From Strigamia acuminata (Eukaryota): a DNA stretch of 64,000 nucleotides. Shown one piece after another: positions 29,560-42,200 of the stretch. The notes under the pieces were generated by a model that was not told the origin of the DNA, did not search any database, and saw only the letters and a list, made by a program, of their open reading frames with translations. The DNA is taken from positions 23,064,001 to 23,128,000 of the forward strand of contig OX442314.1 of assembly GCA_949358305.1 (NCBI GenBank). Direction: 5' to 3'. The number at the start of each line of letters is the position of its first letter. Positions within the stretch are counted from its first letter, which is position 1. A program made the translations under genes and the position numbers.

Positions 29560-30004
29560 TTTAGATGTCATGGCAACTGGCAGTTAGTTATCCCTAGTTA
29601 AATACATACATCAATGTTGCGACATTGATTAAATGTGGAGAACATAAATAAATTCATCAAATGAAAGTTCCGTGTAACTATATGACAATGACAAGTCAAT
29701 AAACTTGTTTATACCAGTATTTATTGAAGAGATGGAAGATAAATATGTCAGGAAAAAAATTATTATTCAATGTGGTTTATTTTTCAATAACGACAGATTT
29801 GATCATGATTCCAAAAGGCAGAATGCTTGCCTGGGTATGCAGGGGAGCATTATCATTCTGTGCGGTTTAGGACGACTTTGTGGGCCAAACCTTGCATTTG
29901 CACTGGGAACTGGGGAAACCACAGAAATCCAGGGCTGGACTGGGAACAAATTTATTACCGGGAAATCTGGGTGTCCGGGCCACAATTAATGGAGTCGGAA
30001 CAGG

Positions 30005-30063
30005 CTACAGCAGGCCGCAACAGGCCACAGCAGGCCGCAACAGGCCACAGCGGCCACGGGCCA
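30005..30063 (+). repeat. Short 20-bp tandem repeat (acagcaggccgcaacaggcc) x ~2.5
   Basis: Directly visible; lies in a GC-richer, probably TE-derived stretch. Confidence 0.8.
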
Positions 30064-31562
30064 CCCGGAAACTCCCGGTAGCCCGCTTCACTGCAGAAAT
30101 CCCAGTTAGAGGTGGTTGGCATTTGGCAGCAAATGTAGCCACAAAACTGGTAAGACTGGACTATTTTTGTGTAAAAAGTGGAGGTTGTGGACTAGCGTTT
30201 GAATAAAAACAAGTGGAAATTTGGGAACTTCTCGTATAAAATTTAAAGTTGAGCCATCGTATTGTATTACACACACAACCATGACTACCACACAACACTC
30301 TTCTGCTTCAAGGCGCCACCTACCGTAGTCTGTGGACGGCCCTGGCAGTATCATCGGAAGTGCTTTTAGTGCACAACGCGTTGCAGGGAAGTGTTTGGGG
30401 TACCACGCGAAGAAACAAATGAATCAATCAAATTCGTAAGACGTGTTGTTTCTGTTTGGGATTGTTTTCTGAATAAATTATTCTTTCTCTCTCTTCAAGC
30501 AACAGATTTTTTTTTTGATAGTTTGAACCAAATTTTCATTTCAATCAATATTTTTTCGTGCAAAATTCACACTTCTAAAAAAGTTCAAAACACGCCGCCT
30601 TGGGACTTTGGATTTCCTTTCTTGAACCTCAACAGATGTCACTGATAATCCGCACCTCGTGTCATTTGATAAAAGATAAAATATCTTCCCGTAAATCCCA
30701 CATTTTTCCAATATTCCCACCCCACACAACATGCAATGCAACTGATTCATAAAATAGAAAAAAAAATAACAAACTTCATCTAAAGATGGTCGAAAGTGAA
30801 TCCGCAAGCTCTAGTGCGAGATTTGTTGATGATGTGGCACAAATTGCGAAAATAATATAAAAAATACCCGTAAGAAAAAGACTACGAATACCAAACGAAG
30901 AAATGAGAAGAGGAAAGCTGTTCACAAACAAAACTAAAACTAAAATCCCGAGGTAATTCCCCGCCCCAACTCAAATTGAAACTAAACTAATTTCAGCCAA
31001 ATTTGAAGTAAAAAAAATTAAAATGGGCTACAACTGATAAATTCTAGTATCTATAACAATAAATACAAGACCCCAACGTTTATACACGATTACAGGTGGC
31101 AATAAATCCCAAAATTTGACGTTAAAAGTTAAAACTCACCTTTTATAAATAGCGCTGATCGGTCGTTGTGTCTGGGTCACTTCGAGCGTGTTGTGAGCTT
31201 TCCGTCACGTCGGTCTATCGCATGAGGTGATGATAACTTTCCCTTGGTTACAATCTACTCTTGACACTCCCGAAGCCACGACGAACTTGTGAGTTTTTCA
31301 ATTCATCTCAATTCTCTTAACAAGAAAAACTAAACATAAATCAATATCACTTTTTCCAAACCCCGTAGAACCACAAAATGAACCAGTCCACTAATATAGC
31401 CGTCGGATTGTGCTGTCAACAATAGCGCCGTCGAGAAAAACTTCCTTGAAATCAGTCATTAGCACCGGAATCCATCAGAAACATGGTTTGTTGTCGCAAT
31501 TTCAATTTTACAAGAGTTGCATTTCAACCATCTTAAATTCAAAGTCCAGAAAATCACTGCTG

Positions 31563-31901
31563 CAGTGCCGGGTCCAGGTACGCACGCCCTTGCACGCCCC
31601 TTCACGCCCCGCGTCGTATGGGACCCTAAAAAGTTTTCTAATGCACGACAATGCTAATCTATTATTTGATTTATTACATGGACGTGAAAGCTGTTTGATA
31701 AGATATAAAAGGGGTGGAATTGCAACAGATACTGTAATTAAAACTATAGGACTATTGATATAGAGGAGAAATGAAATGAAATGAAAATTACAGTAATTTT
31801 CATTTTATTTTTACATATTTTTTTCCTTGTATTTTTCCAATTTTATCAAGTTTTATGCTTTACTTGGTGCTGGGGGAGCCAAATACCCTGGATCCGGCAC
31901 T
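31563..31901. mobile_element. hAT-like MITE, degenerate
   Basis: cactgctg|cagtgccgggtcca ... tggatccggcact|cagtgctg: TIRs with a 7/8 TSD. Confidence 0.65.
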
Positions 31902-33892
31902 CAGTGCTGCAAATTAAAGGCTTAATGAGGCTTTCTGGATTTTTTGACGTTTGACCATGATCTACTAAAACACTATTATACAGAGCACAACACATTATTA
32001 AATTCTAAAGCTGGGTGACAATACAAGTAGGGCAATGGTAAACTAAGCAATCATAGTCATTATTTTGATGGGATAAAAGATTGGTGTAGTTGGAAATAAA
32101 TAAAGTATTTAACACGGCATGCAATTTAGTTTTGCGTAATTGTCGAATTGGATTTCTTGGCATTACCGGTAATTCTTGGAAAGAAAATGCAATTTAATGA
32201 GTGTAGGTAAGAGCTTTTCTTGTTTATCGTGATTGGAACTTGAAAGAGATTTATTTTTAGCTCTTAGTTTTGCAGATATTATTAATCAAATCGAATTGCT
32301 AGCGAATTGATTTCCTCGTTAATAGGAACTTAGTTTTGAATAGCTTTATTTTAAATGTGAGGATATTCGCATGCAATGACATCGATCGATGAAGCTTCAC
32401 GTGACGTGACAGGGTAAATAGTAATGGGCAGATGCGTTGCAAAGGGCACACAAAACGAAAATTAACTGACCATAGTTAGCTAGGTGAGTTTTCCACATTT
32501 TGTCACCTCAGATTCTCTGTCTTGTGGTTACAGTTTTGATTTTTTTTTTTTTAAATTAATAAATTTTCAATTTTTTAAATTCTGATTTAATTTTTAATTT
32601 GATTCAATTAAATTTGTGGGCCAAACTATCGTGACATTTATCTTATACAGAGTGTAACACTTACCAGTTGTTTCATTTTCCCATTCTTTATCTGAAGTGT
32701 TAGGTGATAAAACACTCGTCAAAACTAAACAAGGCTTATCCGTGGATCCACCGACTGACTAATGTAATATTAATTAATTTCGTGTATAATTATTGTAATT
32801 AATGGCATCGATTTGTTCGTTTCACTGATGACGCAGTCACGCAGTTGATGCAAACCACATTTCAGGCTTGACCTCGTGATCGGATTGTTTGGGGTTTGTT
32901 AAGTATTCTTATGCATCTGCTGATTACTATATTGGTGGGGTTGCAGTGAATGACATGTAGTTATTACATAATTGCTGCCTGAAAACACTTCTGTATAATT
33001 AAATGAAAGGGAGTTGCCAGGTTTTTTTTTTTTCTTCTTTTTAATATATATTTTGTTGGGAAAAATTTCAATGGTGAAGGATGTGTCGGTTCGTTTTCAA
33101 TTTGTCAGTACGTAATTTGTCATTCGCACCAAAACCAAGCACCCAAAACGTGAGAACGACTCTTCATTTTTGTTTCAAGGTAGTCGCAACAATTATTTAT
33201 TAATTTGATGATAAATGAATGGCTATAAAAAAATTCAGCTTTGAATAATTTATTTGAACGAGGAAAATAGAAATAAATTGCTGCCACAGGGACGAGCGAG
33301 TGCCATTCAATATAAGCTGCGTAATATAAAGATGCGTGTGTTTTGAAGTTGATTTTTGAGTTCATTCACTTACATACTTGTTTTTTTCGATTTATTTTCA
33401 AAATACCTGAGTTCTGTACCCCTTAAATTGATGGTAAGGAATCATTACAAACAAAAAAAAAATGATCAAACGACAAAAAATGCTTTAATAATAGAGAATT
33501 AAAACTTGATTGCGGATTGCGTGACTTGCTGTCGAAAGTTGGAACAAAATGTCTGCCTTGAAGATGAGTTAAATGTTTATCAAAATTACGAGATCTAGAT
33601 TTGTTTAATCGGTATTTTAGTGGAGGATTTTTGTATTTAAATGACTTGGTGAGCTTTTAAACACTCTTGGCTTTCTGGCTATGCTCGACGATTATTACAA
33701 GGGCTGCGAATAATTAAACGATTTGAATTTGAATGCCCATAATAACTCATCGAGGAAATGTCCTAACAAAAAGTTGGCTTCACTGTGCTGACATTTTGGA
33801 GAGTGTTTTCAGTCGGTTGTCGTGTCGTTGATATTTTCAACATACAGAGTTACAGACGTTAATATTGACACTTTTCTTGTTGCAGAATCAAC

Positions 33893-35648
33893 ATGTCTAG
33901 CATTTTAATGGAACACAGGGGATCGTTATTAGGAGGTTTTCTCATACTTTTATACTTCATGTGGATGGACGTGGCGCTTTATTACAATATTCAAGGTCGT
34001 GAACCTTTACAGCCGTCATCAACCGCACCAGCACATCAACCTCACAGTGGATTGCAAGGACTTTTTGCACCTTTTAATGGTCTCACTATTAAAATGATGA
34101 TGATTGATCCAGCCAATCAATACATTCACATTCCAGCTGCAACTATATTTAATGAGGTTTTTATTTTTAATTATTTAAAATTATTGGTTGACCCAAAATT
34201 TGACTGAGGGCTTGGAATTCGTCACAAATGATGAACATTCCAGCAATTTATTTACACATGAGCACCCAAACACAATGCAAGGATGCATGGGTGCGCACAA
34301 ACAAGTGATACACTACACTAATTAACCACTAAAATTTCTCTAAAAATCTTTTTGGCCCTGTGAAGTTCCGTAGTTTTGTTTTTACAGCGATTTTGAATAT
34401 CATGTTGTGATAATTTGTACAGATAAGACTTTTAATTGACTAGTTATTAACACATTTGAAGTTGATAAAATAGATTGATTGAACCCATTTAGCAAACAAT
34501 TATTAAAGATATTGCTTCACTTTCACCATTTTTCCTATCTAAAATGCCATGAATACCAAAATTATTTATATTTAGCGACTAGGCCTAGTTGACAGTATTT
34601 AAAGATTCCTACAATAAAACTACTTTGTTATACATAAGATATTTCTGAAATACTTGCAGGTGACCAATTTCAGCGGTACATTTTACTTCATTTCTCCAAA
34701 CATGATCAGTGTATTTCACGTATTTGTGGCAATTTTGGCAGCTCGGTTGCTTGCATCTGATTCACTCATAATACGACAAACGGGAGTTTTACTATTTGAA
34801 TTTCGTGCATTTCTGGATAGTTTGGATGGTGTGGTGGCCCGTGTGAGGAGAAAGCAAGAGCTCATTATTTCTGATTTTGGATCAATTGGATACATAGTGG
34901 ATGGAATAACTGACGCTTTTGGCACAGCAGCTCTTATTATTGGATGTTTCTTGTACTTGCGTAAAAGCCAACTGTCACGTCGAGGAATGAGCAAATTACA
35001 CTTAGCCAACATTGAAAACGCAATCAATGGCCCTTCAAATAGCAGTCAAAAAAGAATGATCTTTACTGTTCTTGGCTTCTTTTCACTCCAATTGTTAATC
35101 AGCGCTGCATTTTGGGATCGATACATCTCAGGTTATCATCGATTATTGGAAAATACTGAAGCATCGAAAGAGCAATTGGTAAAATGTCTATTTGTTCTTG
35201 TTTTGTTTGTAATCCATTTATCTAATTGTTTCGCAGTATTGGCAAAATGATCAACTGAAATCGTCCGTTATGTGGATTATTATGTGGTTCTGGCGGATGG
35301 CAAATGCGCATGCATTAATGGAAATGATTTTATTCTCTGTATTTATTAATCGATTGTGGGTGAGTTTAAATCTGAATTCACTAGAATTAATTATTTTAGA
35401 AATTAATTTATTCTTTTTTAATTTTAATTAAAAGGAATTTTTAACTTTTATCCAATTTGTTGGTTTTATATGCTTAACATTCCTCATATCAATCACAGAA
35501 ATTCACTTCCGAGTTGTGAGTAATTCTTGGTGTTTAATTTTTTATTTGATTGATAAAATAACTGAGTTTAAAATTTTGTTTTTAGATTTCTAATCATGTT
35601 GATATATTATCAATAGCTTCAAGCATAGATACATCATCAACACTATGA
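33893..35648 (+). CDS. Cpes: Ceramide phosphoethanolamine synthase-like, copy 2, 5 coding exons
   Basis: Colinear with copy 1, same intron positions. Motif FLDSLDGVVAR...GYIVDGITD; ends IDTSSTL*. Confidence 0.9.
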
Positions 35649-36200
35649 TTTTTATTTTACCATGTTTATACAGCACTGTGCCATTTTAAAAGTATTCAAA
35701 ATCACCAAATATTTTTGCAAAATTGTATTATTGTGCGATTGGTGACTTTTTTTTTAAAATTGATGTACAGTTTTCTAATCATGTGATCAGGGATAAAAAT
35801 TAAAATCAAAACATTCTTAATGTTACAGTAGGTTGTATATTGTATAGTTATCTGAAAATGAAACTGAAATAAATTAATTTATCAAATTATTTTGTGTGTA
35901 TAAATAGTGTAGTTTACAAACAGATTTTATTTTAAAATAAATTGTGACATTTTTAATTTTTTAAAACTGTTTTCTTTTCTATAATAAAAAATTGAAAATT
36001 AGAATGTTTTATTACCCATGTAATAAAAAAAAAACGAATACCGGTAACAAACACAAAAACGGAAACGGAAAGGCGCTTGGTTTGTTGAAACTTTTAGTTT
36101 CAACCGTAAGAGGGCAATGATACATAATCATGGCGGCCAAGTTGTTTATAGTGGTTATTATACGATAAATTCCTCAAGAAACATTTAAAAAACCGTTACA

Positions 36201-39200
36201 ATGGTAAGAATAGTGCGAATTATAAGTCTCTAACTTCTTTTGGTGTTGTATTTAATTATAAAAAAAGCATTCCTGATTTGCGATTTACATGAGAACCGTA
36301 TTTACTTTACTATTCATTGTATCGTTGAATTGTGGAGACCATAATAAATACATATCAAATAAATATCAAATACAGAACGGAACTATTTTTACTTTTAGAT
36401 TCGTATGTCAGCATTGAATGAGAGTGATTCAAATGATTCCGATTATTCGTCGCAACCAGAATTAGTAACTCGAGAGGCGCAGGTAATAAAATAAAAATAA
36501 CAATAACAACGTGAATTAATGCAATGCGTTAATTCTATTGCAGGAAGATGAAGCGTTTTCTTTATACAACAAGGCTTTGCAGCTGCAAAACGAAAGCGAT
36601 CATGAAAAGGCAGAAGAACTTTACCAGCAGTTACTACAAACGAAATTTGTGGCTGATGCGATTCATTCTGACGAAAACACTGGCTTACTTCGACCCAATT
36701 TGCAGCTCAAATATTCAACTTATAAAAATCTTGCCAGTATTGCAATTCAACGGCAAGATAATGTCAAAGCCATGGAATCGTTTTTAAGTGCAGTTGCTTT
36801 GGATGCATCTGATGTGGTCGTCTGGTACAAAATTGGAACTACTGCAATGAAAATTCATAATTATCCTTTATCGAGATTAGCATTCCAAGAGGTTCTTTTT
36901 TTTTTTTTACTTTTTTAATTAATTAATTTTTTCATTTAAAATTTATTTTTTTAGGGTCTAAAATTAAATCCTAATCATTGGCCATGCTTAGACAACTTAA
37001 TCACACTGTTGTACGCATTGAATGATTATGCAAGTATGTTTTATCACTTATTTATTTTATTTTTCAATATTTAATTTAGAAAATTTAATTTTTTTTCTCT
37101 TTATAATTATCTTTTACAGCTTGTTTATATTTTATTGCTCAAGCGTTTGAAAAGGAGCCTTATTATACAAAAGGTTTAGCCATTAGGGATCAGATTTTTC
37201 GCGAGCAGCCATCACTACGCAGGGATTCTGGAGATTTATTTAAAAAATGGTATAAAAATAATGCGTAAAGTGAAATTTATATTTAAAATTTTTTAATTTA
37301 GTGATGAAATAATCTACAAAATCAGCTACGACAAGGAAGAAGCAGCTAAAGTAATATTGTTCATAATAATATTCAATTTTTTAAATTTTTTTTAAAATTT
37401 TTTCAGTTTATCGAGGAATCACTGGAGATGAGAAGAGTTAAAAGAGAATTGAGTACAGTACCTGAGATACCACCTTTGTCGTTCACTAAACCATTGACAT
37501 CGTTTACGTAAATTACAAATTAACGGTTGATTATACAAAAAAATTGATTTGTTTTAACATTATTCAGTTGGAAATGCTTGGGAAATCGTTTGGTTGCTCT
37601 TTACAATCATGTCTGGGACGCTGCACCTAGACTAGTAAGTAATTAACTACTAATTAATTAATTTTAATTTAATTTTTTATTATTTTTAGTCGTTCGGTTG
37701 CACGGTCGACACGAGTAAATGTATAACAGAATCTCAAGATCCGTTGGAAAACATTTGCGTGGAGTCTGCGCCCGGGCCTGCTTTGGCGATAAAAGATCAA
37801 GGAGTTGTTTCTAGTGATTCGTCCACCGTTAATGTTCCTTTAGTGGACGTGTCCACTCTTTCAGGTTTGAATTCTTATTATTTTTTTGGATTTTTTATTG
37901 AAATGGACGTATTTTTGTTTCAGATGTTACGCCAAGTACGATGGAAGTTGATGAGGTGTTAATTCAACTCCCGGCCGAACAATCTACTACTCCTTTTGGC
38001 GACGTTATTATGAATGATATATCCAGACGGATGCCTAAAAGAAAGCGAATTTTGATGGAATTTGGAGATTCGTTAAGTAAACGGCGCTCTGCAAGGGTAT
38101 GGAAAGCGGGGATTTTAATTTTTAATGATTTATGGTGTTGTTCTAATGGTGTTTGTTTTAAGGTGAGAAATACTGGCGTTTCTAAGAAACAGGATGTTAA
38201 TTACTGCCAAATATTGCACAAATTTTTACCAAAAAGTTTAAAGTAAGAAAAGTTAAAATTTAAAAAGGTAATCATTAATTATTTTGTGTTTGTTTGAAGT
38301 AAAGAAAATACAGCGGAACCGAAAAACTTAATTCCTTTGTCACTGAATGTGGATAAATTGTCGGAAGGTGGGAAATTATTTATAAAAACAAAATATTTTA
38401 AACTAATTAATTGAGATTTTTTTTAGAAAGCAAACAAGTGTCAGCCAGCAGCTTATTAAGCACAAATGAAGATGATGATGTGAAAAAATTCTTACAAGTT
38501 AATGACGGCTCTACTGTTTTGGATATTATGTACAATTACTTAGTAGCTTTAGGAGAAAAGCATCGAATGACTTGGTACACGAATATCGAATTTATTATTG
38601 TTTACGGTATTTTTAATAGTATTATTTGTTTATCACGCTAGGCAAGCCGGGTTAATTGATGAATTTATAACAATTTATAGTAGGATTAGGCGCCATCTTT
38701 CAAAACCAGATGTCATATGGTAAAAAATTCAAGTTTTTTTTTTTTCTAAAAAAACATTTTTTTAATTTAAATTTTTTTTACAGTCAAGAATTAAAAAGCG
38801 AAACCATTAAATTAGATGCGGTGGTAATTAATTTTTTGTTTTTATTTTCTTATAAAATTGATACAATTTTACTTTATTTATTGGTTGATAGTTTACGCTG
38901 ACATTCAGCGAATTAAAACTGGATAGCTGGCATATCGCACGCTTAAAATCGACTGCTCATTCACCTTTGTGTTGGAAGTAAGCGATCCATTTAATTTTCA
39001 AACTTATTATTTTAAAATTATATTTTTTCAGCAATCCCCTCGTTGCGAAGCTTATTCCCGATTTTCCAGGAAAATATTTTCGAGAAGATTTGGAATTTCT
39101 TGTTCAGTTGACCGTACGAAGAGATATTTTGGGAGATGATTGGTTGGATTATTTCATGAGGGGTATTAGACATTTTTTTTAACTTTAAAACATGTAATAT

Positions 39201-42200
39201 TTATTTTATTTATTTTATTTATTTTATTTATCTTATTTACGTTAGTTATGTGGCTGAGAGCCCGATTTCTGTCCATGCAAGGACAAATGGAATTTGCTAT
39301 CGATTCATTTGATAGGGTGAGGAATGTTTTATTACGGAATGTTTTTAATTTTTTAAAACTTTTTAAATTCTAGATAACATCTTGCATTCAAAACGGTGAA
39401 ATTAAATGTCCCGAGAAGGATTTTAAAGTCGTAATTCCAAATTGTCAAGTTGAAAACGTTATTACGTTAGGTACGTGTCAATATTTCGGTTAAGTGCTTC
39501 AAATAAGTATCGTCATAATAATTTGTAGATCAAATTCAAACCCAATTGGACACCTTACAGCGCTGTCAATCGTTGGAAGAGGTCAACTGCTTATTCGAAG
39601 CCAAGGAATATCAACAAGTTGTGGAGTTGTTGACGGCCACTTTCAATCAAGCTCAGTCTAAAAAAGTAATAATAAAAATCCTGAAAGTTTTTTCGTTAAT
39701 ATTTGTTTTTTTCTCGACAGATTTCAAATAAAAACATCCCCGAACGACGCATACAGCTCGAATTGCTACAGGAATCTGTTTGGCATTTAGAAAACATGCA
39801 AGAATGTTTACGTTGGAGCGAATTAGCTTTTAACGAATCCATTCAACAATATTTGACATTGACTGAACGGCAGCAGAAGAGTAATTGGATCCTTACGATA
39901 TCGAAATTGCTGACTGGATTAGAGAAGTAAAATTATTTAATATTACAACGCCCGATTATAATTTGTTATTTTGAATTTTATTTTATTTTATTTTTTGCAG
40001 ATGCATTAGGAAAGATATATCTTGTTTGGAAAAATTGGAGCAGGAATGTTTAGTCCGCTTTGCGCACAATCTCATTCAAATTATTTCTATTCAAATGGAA
40101 TTTCCAGACAGCAACTCGACTTTTGATAGCGTTTACCCATGGATTTTGCTACATAAAATTATTGATATGTAAATAATTGAGTCGCCATGATAATTTTTGC
40201 AATTTAAACATTTATTTTTACAGGGAAGAAAAAAAGGAAAGTAAAGATGCTTATCTTCCAGGGGTGCCAGCTTCTCTTATGTTATTATACAACGCGCACG
40301 AGTTTCTGGGACGGTAATTTTAATCGATATTTAGGGTAAATTCAGTGTTTCATGACAATATTTATTGCAGACGATCGTGGTGTTGCAATTCAGATGGTTC
40401 TCTGTTGTTGGAATACTCCGAAATGTTGGCAAAGGTGCTGGAGGAGTGCACCACCGAGAGTCCCCATCCGTACAAAGAAGATTTAGAACTCAGTTTAGAA
40501 CAGTGTTATTACTGCCTTTACGGCCATCCTCAGAAAAAGAGCAAAGCGAAACATTTGCACGAACATAACGCGGCATCGGTGCGTTAAAATGAAAAATTGA
40601 TAAGTACGGTATCAAATTTGATGTTTTTTTGTTTTGTTTTCAGATTTCTTTAACCATCGACAGATCCATACCGATCTTTAATTACTTCAAACCCAAACCT
40701 TTACCGGAATTTGATAGTCACAAGGCTAATACCGTTTCGGCCGAATTTGAAAATTTGCTCAGAAGAATTAAGAGTTTAATTCCTTCTCAGGAAAGCGATG
40801 GTAGAATTTCTAAAATGAAAATATTACACACGTTTAATATCTTTGCGTTTATTTAGCGAGCATGCTTGCGAACGTGAATGCGTACATCGATGCAACTTCG
40901 GATGAATTTCCCAATATTCCAAAAGATGATCCCAAGAGAATGTATTTCAATTTTTTTTGTCATATTATATTAATTTATTATAATTAATTTTTTATTTATT
41001 GCTTTAGACCGTTGGTCGACGAGCTGTACTACCTTTTGGCCGATTACTATTTCAAAACCAAAGAATTCAGTAAAGCGATACGTTATTACGTAACGGATAT
41101 TAGTTTTAATCCGCAGAGGCTGGATTCGTGGGCCGGTATGGCTCTCGCACGTAGCAGTCAGTTAGAACAACTAATTCACTCGGTCGGTTCTGCGGAAGAG
41201 GATAAATCGAAAAAAAAGGTGAATACAATTAACGAGCTGCTTTCGTATTGTAATTAATTATTTTTATTTTTTTAGGGCAGCAATTATTTGCATCGGAAAG
41301 CTACCTGCACTTTACGATGTTTTCGTGGTGCGGTTACAATTAATCGACACAACACTACGTTGTGGATCGAATATGGATCGGTTTCTTATATGCTTCACTC
41401 CCACGTTTCCCGGCAACTTAAACAAGTATTAAAAGAAGAAATTAATTTGTATTTGTTTGTTTACTTATTGCTTTGTTTTAATAGAAAGAACAACTCAAAC
41501 TTACGCCAGAAACGGTAGAATCGTGGACTAAAAAAAGGAAAGATTTATTATTAACGGCCGAAGAATGCTTTAGATCAGCAAACGAATGCGATTCTAATAC
41601 TTTGGACGAAGAGGAGTGGCTTCATAATTACATGTTGGGAAAAATTGTTGAGAAACAGGGGAAAAATTTGGAAATTTGTTTGAAACATTATTCATTGGCT
41701 GCCGCACTCCTGCACGAGAAAGGTGCTCGCTATCCGAGAAAAATACAATATCATAATCCACCGGATTTATCCATGGAAGCTTTAGAAGTTAGCAAATATT
41801 TAAATTTTCATAAAATTTAAAAAAAATTAAGTAAATTAAAAAATTATTTAAGGTTTTCTATCGAACGCACGCCGCCACTTTAAAATATTTATTGATCCAC
41901 GAGGAAGAGAAATTGGACGTGGAATTTTGCCGCACCGTTCACGGCTACTTGAAGGAAGCCGCGGCGAGTCCGTTCGCTCGTTTCCAGGAGAAAAGGTATT
42001 GCAGAGATTCTAACAATGATGAGACTAATATGCACTTGTTAATGCCTTGCAGTTAATTTGTGAAACTGATTGTGATGAATAAGTGTGTGTGTTGTTTATT
42101 CGTGATTGGTCGTGTGTATATGGATGCAAAACCAAGGTGGTGGAAGCTAAAGTGGGCTGACAAATGGGTTTAATTTTAAACGCTGCGCACCCTGCTTTAC

